A stretch of DNA of 43,354 nucleotides, taken from contig JAWLEP010000024.1 of assembly GCA_041686025.1 (NCBI GenBank), forward strand, positions 1 through 43,354, written 5' to 3'. This DNA comes from Candidatus Fermentibacteraceae bacterium. GTDB lineage: Bacteria > Fermentibacterota > Fermentibacteria > Fermentibacterales > JCC-6. Positions 1-7,738 of this stretch are shown here, one piece after another (the first letter of the stretch is position 1; every line of letters begins with the position of its first letter). The position numbers and the translations under genes were made by a program. The notes beneath the pieces are model-generated. The model was not told the origin of the DNA and did no database searches. It saw nothing but the letters and a program-made list of their open reading frames with translations.

Positions 1-798
1 GCCGGAAGCAGCTTCGGCCGGGAGGACTACCTGCGGGCTGCCGGAGAGGCGGCGGACTTCGTGGAAGACCGCCTCAGGGATGGCGGGGGACGGCTGCTGC
101 ACCGCTGGCGGGAAGGGAGGGCGGGCATAGAGGCCTTCGCCGACGACATCGCCTTCCTGGCGTGGGGGCTCCTGGAGCTTCACCAGGCAACGCAGGACCA
201 CCGCCGCCTGGAAAGGGCCATGGACCTGATGGACGACCTCGAGGACAGGTTCGGCAGCGAAGGCGGCGCGCTGTACTCCATCTCCGCGGCGGACTCGCAG
301 CTCCCCGCCAGGCCCCGGGAGATTGGCGACGGGGCTCTGCCCTCGGCGAACTCGGTGACGCTGCAGAACCTGCACCGACTGTGGAGACTTACAGGCAGGC
401 CCCGCTTCCGGAAGAGGCTGGACGGACTGCTGGCGGAGTACGCACCGTATGCCGCCGCAGCCCCCTCCGCGCACGCCATGGCCATGGCCGCCCTGGAGGA
501 AATGCTCTCCCCGCAGGTTGACGTGGTGGTGTGCGGGGAGGGGAACGATCCCGCAGCCTCCGCCCTGCTGAAGGCGGCCAGACAGTTGTCCCGGGGGTCC
601 GCCATGGTCCTGCTGCGCGAGCCGGGGGACACCCTCCTGCCGCGGCTGGCGCCGCACGTCGCGGACACTAACCCGGTGGAAGGAAGGGCCGCGGCCTACG
701 TATGCCGCGGCTTCGCCTGCGGCCTGCCGGTTACCGGCACCGATGAGCTGCGGGAACTGCTGACCGGCCGGGGCGACCGAGCACCGTCATTGCGCTGA
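1..798 (+). CDS. Thioredoxin-domain/YyaL (SSP411-like) protein, C-terminal part; 5' end lies outside the window
   Basis: Frame is open from base 1. Motifs LLHRWREG, AFADDIAFLAWGLLELHQAT, DGALPSANSV and C-terminal AYVCRGFACGLPV are typical of the YyaL family. Confidence 0.85.
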   Translation, partial: AGSSFGREDYLRAAGEAADFVEDRLRDGGGRLLHRWREGRAGIEAFADDIAFLAWGLLELHQATQDHRRLERAMDLMDDLEDRFGSEGGALYSISAADSQLPARPREIGDGALPSANSVTLQNLHRLWRLTGRPRFRKRLDGLLAEYAPYAAAAPSAHAMAMAALEEMLSPQVDVVVCGEGNDPAASALLKAARQLSRGSAMVLLREPGDTLLPRLAPHVADTNPVEGRAAAYVCRGFACGLPVTGTDELRELLTGRGDRAPSLR

Positions 799-861
799 CA
801 GGGAATCACCGTATCTTCTCATGGACTCGAGACCCAACGTGCTGAGGCAACGGGAGGTGCC

Positions 862-1374
862 ATGAGAAACCTGCTCTGCCTGGTGCTGGCGGCGTCCGCC
901 CTGTGGGCGGGGGCGATAACGGAGCTGTCGGACTACGTCGACCCCGAGGTCCGGGCCGGCACCTACGTGCGCATACTGGACCTTCACGGTGACGGCGGCA
1001 GCGACACCCTCTACACCGTATCCCTTCTGGGCCGGCCGCTGCCGGACAGCGTGGAGGTGTACGATCCCTGGTTCGACGCGCCGGTGGCGGAGGGCGGCGA
1101 GGACCTGGCGCTGCTGTTCGCCGAGCAGTCCACGGGAAGGCGCTTCGTGGTGCACGACAGCCTTTTCTTCTCCTCGCCCATCTGGTCGGCGCAGCAGATG
1201 CTGCCCATGCGCATAATCCGCCGCGGAACCGAGGAGTACCAGTACTGGGCCGTAGAGGCGGAGGGTTTGGAGGGCGACGGTGTCGCCCTGGGCACCGAGG
1301 CCGGCATCGACGTGCTGGTGTTCCTCCGGGGGGGTGCCGAGCTCGCTGTCCACTGGCCCGGGGAGATCCCCTGA
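862..1374 (+). CDS. Hypothetical secreted protein
   Basis: RBS GGAGG before ATG, signal peptide MRNLLCLVLAASALWAG, coding-like GC3; no family recognised. Confidence 0.7.
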   Translation: MRNLLCLVLAASALWAGAITELSDYVDPEVRAGTYVRILDLHGDGGSDTLYTVSLLGRPLPDSVEVYDPWFDAPVAEGGEDLALLFAEQSTGRRFVVHDSLFFSSPIWSAQQMLPMRIIRRGTEEYQYWAVEAEGLEGDGVALGTEAGIDVLVFLRGGAELAVHWPGEIP

Positions 1375-1375
1375 T

Positions 1376-2014
1376 CTAGCCTTCGGGTATCTCCGGGATG
1401 GCGCATCCCTGGTCGCCGAAGTGCTTTTGGAGGTAGTGCTCCAGCAGCTCCCGGGCCTCGTCCTCGCACTGGCCGCACGAGGTGGCTATCTTGGTGTGCT
1501 CCTGCAGCTGGTAGAAGGTCCGGGTTCCCTCCAGCACGGCGTCCTCGATGTCACCCTCGGTAACCTGCAGGCACTCGCAGACCGTTCTGGAGCCGGGCTC
1601 GCGGACCCTGTCCTCCATGCCGTGGCGCCGGTAGTAGTCGTTGATGGCCGCCCGCAGGGCCTTGTCGCCCAGTACCGAGCAGTGGACCTTGTTCTCGGGA
1701 AGGCCGCCCAGCTCGGCCACCACGGACTTGGCGTCCACCTCCCACGCCTCCTCCAGGGTCATCCCCTTTACCATCTCGCTGAGCACGGAGGTGCTGGCGA
1801 TGGCGCTGGCGCAGCCGAAGGTCCTCCACCTGCAGTCGGTGATCCTCAGCCCGTCGGGGTCCACCTTGAGGTAGAAGGCCATCATGTCCCCGCACTTGAT
1901 GTTGCCCACCTCGCCCTCGGCGTCTGCTTCGAAGTCCTCGGAGTCGTCCAGCACGTTGCGGGGGTTGCGGAAGTGGTCCAGCACCTTGTCGGAATAGAGC
2001 CATTTGGCCGCCAT
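1376..2014 (-). CDS. nifU: Fe-S scaffold, NifU-type (IscU-like N-domain + BFD-like [2Fe-2S] domain)
   Basis: YSDKVLDHFRNPRN, CGDMM, TFGCASAIAS, KVHCSVL, then VCECLQV...SCGQC; lies 2 bp downstream of nifS. Confidence 0.9.
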   Translation of the reverse strand: MAAKWLYSDKVLDHFRNPRNVLDDSEDFEADAEGEVGNIKCGDMMAFYLKVDPDGLRITDCRWRTFGCASAIASTSVLSEMVKGMTLEEAWEVDAKSVVAELGGLPENKVHCSVLGDKALRAAINDYYRRHGMEDRVREPGSRTVCECLQVTEGDIEDAVLEGTRTFYQLQEHTKIATSCGQCEDEARELLEHYLQKHFGDQGCAIPEIPEG

Positions 2015-2016
2015 TG

Positions 2017-3201
2017 CTACTCTCTCCCGTTTACTGTTGACATGCCTCTAATTCGGGCGATGATGGGCGGCAGGACCTCCAGGACCCGGTCGATGTCCTC
2101 CTCGGTGGTGGCCCTTCCCATGCTGATGCGGACGGAGCCGTGGAGGCAGACCTCGGGAATCCGCATGGCCTGCAGGACGTGCGATGGGTCCAGCGACCCG
2201 GACGCGCAGGCCGAGCCGGTGGACACCTCGATGCCCTCCAGGTCCAGGTATAGGAGTATCGACTCCCCCTCCGCCCCGGGAAAGGAGACGTTGAGGGCCG
2301 CTGGGATGCAGTGCTCGGGATGGCCGTTCACCCGGTAGTCGGGGATGCCGGCCTCGATCCCGTCGAGGAGCCTGCGCCTCAGCCGGAGCATCCTGGCGTG
2401 CTCCTCCTCCATCTCGGCCCTCCTGGCGCGGACCGCCTCCGCCAGGCCCACGATGCCCAGCACGTTCTCCGTGCCCGCCCTGCGGCCGTCCTCCTGGTGC
2501 CCTCCCCGTATCAGCGGACAGAAGGGCACGCCCCTGCGGACGTAAAGGGCTCCCACTCCCTTGGGCCCGTAGATCTTGTGCGCCGAGATCGTCAGGAAGT
2601 CCACCCCCAGCCCGTCCACGTCCACGGGGATCTTCCCCACCGCCTGCACGGCGTCGCAGTGAAGCAGGACGTCCCTGCGGCGGCAGATCTCGGACACCGC
2701 TCTCACGTCCTGCAGTGTACCGGTCTCGTTGTTGGCCAGCATGACCGAGACCATGGCCACGGAGTCGTCCACCAGCTCCTCCACGGCATCGACCTCCACC
2801 CGGCCGCTGTCGTCCACGGGAGCGTAGCTGACGGGTATACCCCTGGCCGCCAGACACTTCGCCGTCTCCATCACGCAGGGGTGCTCTACGGCCGTGGTGA
2901 CCAGGCCCCTCTGCGGACCCCTGAGCCTGGCGCAGGCGCCCTTCTCGCAGGTAAGGGCGGCCAGTACGGTGTTGTTGGCCTCCGAGCCGCTGCCTACGAA
3001 GACTATCTCCTGGGGGGAGGCGCCGATGAACTGGGCCACCTCCCTCCGGCTCTCCGCCACGAGGTCCGCCGCCTCCCGCCCGTGGGAGTGCAGGCTGGAA
3101 GGGTTGCCGAAGACCTCCATGGCGTCGGTCATGGCCCGCCGTACGTCCGGATGCAGAGGGGTGGTGGCGTTGTGGTCGAGGTATATCCGGCGCTGCTCCA
3201 T
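2017..3201 (-). CDS. nifS: Cysteine desulfurase, IscS/NifS (type I)
   Basis: IYLDHNATT, HCDAVQAVGK, SAHKIYGPKGVG (PLP Lys), STGSACAS catalytic Cys loop; start set at ATG 3201 after GGGAG RBS. Confidence 0.93.
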   Translation of the reverse strand: MEQRRIYLDHNATTPLHPDVRRAMTDAMEVFGNPSSLHSHGREAADLVAESRREVAQFIGASPQEIVFVGSGSEANNTVLAALTCEKGACARLRGPQRGLVTTAVEHPCVMETAKCLAARGIPVSYAPVDDSGRVEVDAVEELVDDSVAMVSVMLANNETGTLQDVRAVSEICRRRDVLLHCDAVQAVGKIPVDVDGLGVDFLTISAHKIYGPKGVGALYVRRGVPFCPLIRGGHQEDGRRAGTENVLGIVGLAEAVRARRAEMEEEHARMLRLRRRLLDGIEAGIPDYRVNGHPEHCIPAALNVSFPGAEGESILLYLDLEGIEVSTGSACASGSLDPSHVLQAMRIPEVCLHGSVRISMGRATTEEDIDRVLEVLPPIIARIRGMSTVNGRE

Positions 3202-3233
3202 TCCGGTCTCCCTTTCGTAACGGTGCGGGCCCA

Positions 3234-3258
3234 ATAGCCTACCCTACTAGTATAACTT
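3234..3258 (-). promoter_or_regulatory. Putative IscR/Rrf2-like operator upstream of nifS-nifU
   Basis: Minus strand AAGTTATACTAGTAGGGTAGGCTAT (TAC-N7-GTA); right half GTAGGCTAT differs at one base from the IscR type-1 half-site GTCRRSTAT. Confidence 0.5.
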
Positions 3259-3307
3259 TGCGCTCCCGAATCAAGTATCAGCACCTAAACCGCTGCCGAT
3301 CAAATCG

Positions 3308-4219
3308 TTATGGATGCGCCTCCGTCTCCTTCGCACCCACGTACATGCCGCAGTTGGAGCCAATCCTGTTCTCCTCCAGCTCCCCTATGCTCACCAGCGT
3401 CTCGAAGCCGGCGGCGGCGAAACCGTCGGCGACGGCCTGAGCCTCCGCCGGACAGCGGGGGTCGATGATGCCCCGCATGCCCGAGGCCAGCGCGCCGGCG
3501 GTGGGGTTGACCGGGGTCAGCTTCACCATGTAGTCCTCCGGCTCGAATACCTCCGCCAGCACCCGGGGCTCGAGGGGGAAGCCCCTCACCGGGGCGAAGT
3601 TCAGCGTTATCTTCCGATCACCGCGGTCACGGAACCGCCGCCCCCACGAGGCCATCCTGCGGAAGCTCCAGGTGCTGGCGGGCACCAGCCGCCTTCTGCC
3701 GCTCTCGCAGGTGGTGTGAATGGAGAGCTGCATCTGGAAGCGGCCGTCGGAGTACAGGCGGCGCTTTGTGTCCGCCAGGGCCTCCATGAACTCCTCGCAG
3801 CCGGAAGGGGCTATGGTGGAGATGCAGGGCATCAGGCCGGGGGCGTCGTACCTGGCCGGCAGCTCTTGCAGGACCTGAAGAACCGCGGGGTTCATCGCCG
3901 GGTCGCCCATCCTGGCGAACTGGACCTTCAGCTTGCCGACGGGGACCCTGCCGTCGGGGAACCTCTCCCGGACCATGCAGTCCACCTGGGCCATTATCTC
4001 CTCAGCCGAGAGCCTGCCGGAGTAGCTGCCGCCGGCGTCGCATATGGGGCAGGAGACCGGACAGCCTTTCAGTGTGGAGACTATCAGGACCCACTTCTCG
4101 CTCCGGGGCACCGGGGGCTGGACGGAGTCCACGCACTCCAGGCGGGTTCCGTCGGGGAGCCTGGCCACCCTTACCGTAGCCACGCCGTCGTGGCCCCTTC
4201 TCTCCACTATCTCAAGCAT
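3308..4219 (-). CDS. Radical SAM protein, short RlmN/Cfr-like form
   Basis: CxxxCxxC (GCPVSCPICDAG), RMGDP (cf. MGEP), QLSIH, LTPVNP, C-terminal GSNCG (cf. AACGQL). Confidence 0.85.
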   Translation of the reverse strand: MLEIVERRGHDGVATVRVARLPDGTRLECVDSVQPPVPRSEKWVLIVSTLKGCPVSCPICDAGGSYSGRLSAEEIMAQVDCMVRERFPDGRVPVGKLKVQFARMGDPAMNPAVLQVLQELPARYDAPGLMPCISTIAPSGCEEFMEALADTKRRLYSDGRFQMQLSIHTTCESGRRRLVPASTWSFRRMASWGRRFRDRGDRKITLNFAPVRGFPLEPRVLAEVFEPEDYMVKLTPVNPTAGALASGMRGIIDPRCPAEAQAVADGFAAAGFETLVSIGELEENRIGSNCGMYVGAKETEAHP

Positions 4220-5138
4220 GCTCCCCCCTCCTGCCCCCGGAGCTCAACTCCTCCAGATACTCCAGGGCCATTCCCGCGGCCTCTATTCCCTGGCCGGCTG
4301 CAGTGCACGCCTGCCCCAGGGACCCGGCTGCGGCGTCTCCGGCGCAGAAGACACCCGGCAGTCCCGCCACTGGGCCGGCACCATCCACCCGGGCCCCCGG
4401 AGGCAGGTCCGGCAGCTCCCGGCGTCTGCCCACGGCCACCAGGACGGCATCCGCCCGCGTCTTGTAATCCCCTTCACCCGAATGGAGAAGGGCAGCTGCA
4501 CCGCCGGCCTCCTCCTCCACGCTCAACAGCCGAACACCATAGTGTACCCGGATCTCCTTCCGTGAGTCCACGGCGTCCAGCAGCCTCCCTCCGGCCCTGG
4601 GACGGTCCGACCTGACCAGAACCGCCACCCGCCATCCGGCGTCCGCCAGGGACAGGGAGTAGTCCAGCGCCGCCTCCCCGCCGCCCACCACCAGGGCGCG
4701 GCCGGGGGCCATGCCGTCGCATTGCCTTACAGCCGAATACACCGGGGGAGTCCGGTCCTCGCCCCGGAATCCGGCCCCGAGAGGCATCGTGCCGGTGGCC
4801 AGCACGGCCGCGCGGGCACGCATCATGGTCCCGTCTGCTCCCTCCAGGGCAAGGGCTGCCCCGCTGCGGTGCAGGGAGCGTATCTCCCGCCGCTGTACCC
4901 CCAGGCCGAACCTCTGCAGCATCAGCCCCAGCCTGCGGACGTACTCCGGTCCGGAGACCGGACCCTCCAGGCCCGGGTAGTTCTCCATGCGCCAGGCGTT
5001 GGCCACCAGCCCTCCCGCCCTGCCGGTCCTGTCCAGGAGGGCCACCGACAGGCCCAGTCGGGCGGCCTGCACGGCGGCGGCGCACCCCGCCGGCCCCGCA
5101 CCCACCACCGCAAGGTCCACTTCAGCCGCCGCCGTCAC
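4212..5138 (-). CDS. NAD(P)/FAD-dependent oxidoreductase, thioredoxin reductase-like
   Basis: VVGAGPAGCAAA, ENYPG, LATG, VVGGGEAA, GVFCAGD; overlaps both neighbours. Confidence 0.85.
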   Translation of the reverse strand: MTAAAEVDLAVVGAGPAGCAAAVQAARLGLSVALLDRTGRAGGLVANAWRMENYPGLEGPVSGPEYVRRLGLMLQRFGLGVQRREIRSLHRSGAALALEGADGTMMRARAAVLATGTMPLGAGFRGEDRTPPVYSAVRQCDGMAPGRALVVGGGEAALDYSLSLADAGWRVAVLVRSDRPRAGGRLLDAVDSRKEIRVHYGVRLLSVEEEAGGAAALLHSGEGDYKTRADAVLVAVGRRRELPDLPPGARVDGAGPVAGLPGVFCAGDAAAGSLGQACTAAGQGIEAAGMALEYLEELSSGGRRGEHA

Positions 5139-5781
5139 TCGGCATCTCCAGGGCGTCGGCCGCTTTCAGCAGGCGGGCAAAACCGTGGGCCATGGCCCGC
5201 AGGCTTGCCACGTGCATGGTCTCGCTCACCGAGGCGGTGGCGTCCACCGCCACGAAGGGCTCGAGGTCCCTGGAGAACGCGCCGCGCACGGTGCTCTCCA
5301 CGCACAGGTGGGTGAGAAACCCCGCGGCCAGAACCTGCGAGCAGCCGGCACCCCGCAGCCAGCCCTCCAGGCCGGTACCCATGAAGGCGTCGTATGTGGT
5401 CTTCCGGAACACGGGCTCACCGCCTCCCGGGGACAGGTCGGCCAGCAGCGCTGAATCGGGATCGTCGCAGCCGATGACGTTTCCCCAGAAGCCCTTCATG
5501 GCTCCCTCCTCCTCCCCCACCCGGTGGCAGTGGCGGGTGAAGGCCACCGGCAGCCCCCGGCGCCTCCAGCCCTCGAGAAGGGAGAGGAGGCGCGGCACCA
5601 CCGCCTCGGCCGCCGGCAGGTAGGACGCTCCCGACGGATGGGCGAAGAAGCGCTGGACGTCCACCACCAGGAGAGCGCAGCGGCCGGGGTCGGGGCCTGG
5701 ACCGGACCCGCCCGCCTCGGCGATCCAGCCGCGGGCCTTTTCGGCCAGGCTGCGGGCGGTCACATACCTTTCGGCATGCAT
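5122..5781 (-). CDS. Isochorismatase-family cysteine hydrolase
   Basis: ALLVVDVQ (Asp), FRKTTYDAF (Lys), THLCVEST (Cys) catalytic triad. Confidence 0.88.
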   Translation of the reverse strand: MHAERYVTARSLAEKARGWIAEAGGSGPGPDPGRCALLVVDVQRFFAHPSGASYLPAAEAVVPRLLSLLEGWRRRGLPVAFTRHCHRVGEEEGAMKGFWGNVIGCDDPDSALLADLSPGGGEPVFRKTTYDAFMGTGLEGWLRGAGCSQVLAAGFLTHLCVESTVRGAFSRDLEPFVAVDATASVSETMHVASLRAMAHGFARLLKAADALEMPSDGGG

Positions 5782-5806
5782 CTCGGTGTCTCTTTCGGGG
5801 CCGTGG

Positions 5807-6310
5807 CTAGTCGATGCGGCTGTAGCGGTCGCCCTTCGTTCCGCAGATGGGGCAGACCTCCGGGGCCTCCCGGGCCACTGTATGGCCGCAGACGGGGCAG
5901 ACGTAGTAGGGGTAGTCCTCCTCCCGGTCCTTCATCTCCAGGCTCTGGAGCATGTCTGCGTACAGGTCGGCGTGGATCTTCTCCACCTCGTTGGCATACC
6001 GGAAGGAGCGCAGGGCCCTGCCGTCATCCTCCGACTCGGCCGTCTGTATCATCTCCGGGTACATGCTCTTGAACTCGTGGGTCTCGCCGGCGATGGCGTC
6101 CTCGAGGTTCTCCCTGGTGGAGGCTATCCCCCCCATGGCCCGCAGGTGGTTGTGGGCATGGACGGTCTCGGCGGCTGCAGCCGCCCTGAACAGCCTGGCG
6201 GCCTGGTGATGCCCCTCACGGTCGGCCTTCTCGGCGTAGGCCAGGTACTTCCTGTTGGCCTGGGACTCCCCGGCGAACGCCTCTTCCAGACACTTCTTCG
6301 TATCGCTCAC
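5807..6310 (-). CDS. rbr: Rubrerythrin
   Basis: AFAGESQANRKY, AETVHAHNH, GETHEF...YP, EKIH, C-terminal CPVCG...CPICG rubredoxin-like domain. Confidence 0.93.
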   Translation of the reverse strand: MSDTKKCLEEAFAGESQANRKYLAYAEKADREGHHQAARLFRAAAAAETVHAHNHLRAMGGIASTRENLEDAIAGETHEFKSMYPEMIQTAESEDDGRALRSFRYANEVEKIHADLYADMLQSLEMKDREEDYPYYVCPVCGHTVAREAPEVCPICGTKGDRYSRID

Positions 6311-6448
6311 GGCATGCTTCCCTTCGGTTGCTGTTCGTCTTTCACGGATGCCTTTGGGGAGGCGCCTGCACGGATCGGGGGGGCGTGCTCCGGAGGTTCG
6401 GCCCGGCGGTACGATGCAGGCCGTCGGGCGTAACGGCGCCCCCGTGGC

Positions 6449-6883
6449 TCAGAGAGTGCCCAGGCCTACGCCGGCCGTGACCTGCCATTCTTCCCCCTCA
6501 TCCCCCCTGAACCGCTGGTACAGGCCGCAGGAGACGGTGAGCAGGGACTTTCCGGCCCACACCCTCGCACCTGCGTATGTGGACTCGCTGTCCCATCTCT
6601 TCATGATGGAGCCGGAGGCTGCAAAGCCGGCAACGGGTATCAGCAGGTCGATGCTGCTGCGGACGCCCACGTCCACCCGTCCCGCCTCCCACTCGCCCTG
6701 CACGGCCACGAAGGGCCCGAACTCGGTTACTCCCACGCCCAGCCCCAGCTTCCGCGGGTCGGCCCCCAGCAGAAGACCCGGCCCGTTGGGGTGGCTCCAG
6801 GTGACCCTGGCGATGGGGGTGAACGGCGCCGAGGCGGCAAGTGATGCCGCCGCGACAACGATCAGGGCCGCCGCCCTTCGCAT
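6449..6883 (-). CDS. Hypothetical secreted protein, possibly small beta-rich outer-membrane protein
   Basis: Signal peptide MRRAAALIVVAAASLAASA, RBS-like GGAGG, amphipathic strand pattern ending WQVTAGVGLGTL. Confidence 0.6.
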   Translation of the reverse strand: MRRAAALIVVAAASLAASAPFTPIARVTWSHPNGPGLLLGADPRKLGLGVGVTEFGPFVAVQGEWEAGRVDVGVRSSIDLLIPVAGFAASGSIMKRWDSESTYAGARVWAGKSLLTVSCGLYQRFRGDEGEEWQVTAGVGLGTL

Positions 6884-7001
6884 GCTCTGCCTCCACTCCC
6901 CATTTCCGGGATGCCGCCGGACTCACGGCTGTAATATACAACCGCGGCCCTTTCCGCCAGCCGCTGGAACCTCCATGACATTTGTGCGCTATATACACAA
7001 A

Positions 7002-7026
7002 GATACATACCCGACTTGTAGGTATT
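7002..7026. promoter_or_regulatory. Palindromic IscR/Rrf2-like operator
   Basis: GATACATACCCGACTTGTAGGTATT = ATACATAC-N7-GTAGGTAT (7/8 inverted repeat), directly before the RBS of the 7038 gene. Confidence 0.55.
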
Positions 7027-7037
7027 GGAGGTTGGAG

Positions 7038-7616
7038 ATGCTCAGAGGCGCAGCGATTCTGTTGACGGTGACGGTCCTGGCGGGAGCGGCAGCGGCCCAG
7101 GGAGGCCACTGCGGAGGATGCGGAGGCCGGGGCCCCCGCCACTCGGCCAGCATCAGAGGGTTGCAGTGGGGGGACAAAGAGGATGAGCTCTCCTGCCATC
7201 TGGAGGGCAGGCTGGGCGGCCTGGGCGTTCACGCCGGCGGGGTGAGCCTCACCGAGGACCGGAGGCGGGCCATGGAGGAGTTGATGAGAGGCACTCTCGG
7301 CAGGATAGACGACGTCCTATCCGAAGAGGTGCCCGAGGGATACTCCTACGGCGGCCGCTACTGTGGCGGGTCCTGTCCCGACTACCCCGCAGGGGTTTCG
7401 ACAGACAGCCGGCTGCGCCACAGGTTCGCCTGGGAACGGGGGCCGGAGAGCGGAGGCTGGACGGTCTGCCACCACTACGGCCCGGGCTACACCCTGGGCC
7501 TCCATCTGGGCCGGCTGGAGCTGTCCGAGGAGACCTCCGGCAGGCTGGAGGCAATCCTGGAGGACGCCTCCGTCAGAATGGGGTCGATTCTCGACGAGGA
7601 TACCGGGGAGGAGTGA
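7038..7616 (+). CDS. Hypothetical secreted Cys/His-rich protein (HCGGCGG)
   Basis: GGAG RBS then ATG 7038, signal peptide to AAAA-Q, two similar helical segments; real gene is the 3' part of the 6255-7616 ORF. Confidence 0.7.
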   Translation: MLRGAAILLTVTVLAGAAAAQGGHCGGCGGRGPRHSASIRGLQWGDKEDELSCHLEGRLGGLGVHAGGVSLTEDRRRAMEELMRGTLGRIDDVLSEEVPEGYSYGGRYCGGSCPDYPAGVSTDSRLRHRFAWERGPESGGWTVCHHYGPGYTLGLHLGRLELSEETSGRLEAILEDASVRMGSILDEDTGEE

Positions 7617-7670
7617 ACGGGCCGGCCGGCACCATTCATCCACGGCCGGGCCAGAGACCTTTCCCGAATC

Positions 7671-7697
7671 GGGGCCGGCGTCCCTCACGCCGGCCCC
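7671..7697. terminator. GC hairpin between convergent genes
   Basis: GGGGCCGGCG-tccctca-CGCCGGCCCC, perfect 10-bp stem; no U-tract. Confidence 0.45.
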
Positions 7698-7738
7698 CCT
7701 GATCACGCAGACCGCACGGGAACGTGCCGAAGGCACAG

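Noticed and set aside
3308..4219. Assigning the symbol rlmN or cfr
   Set aside because: Missing N-terminal domain and resolving Cys, and altered MGEP motif; function not transferable.
6255..7037. N-terminal part of the 453-aa ORF
   Set aside because: Overlaps rubrerythrin and the 6449-6883 gene on the opposite strand; RBS and signal peptide place the real start at 7038.
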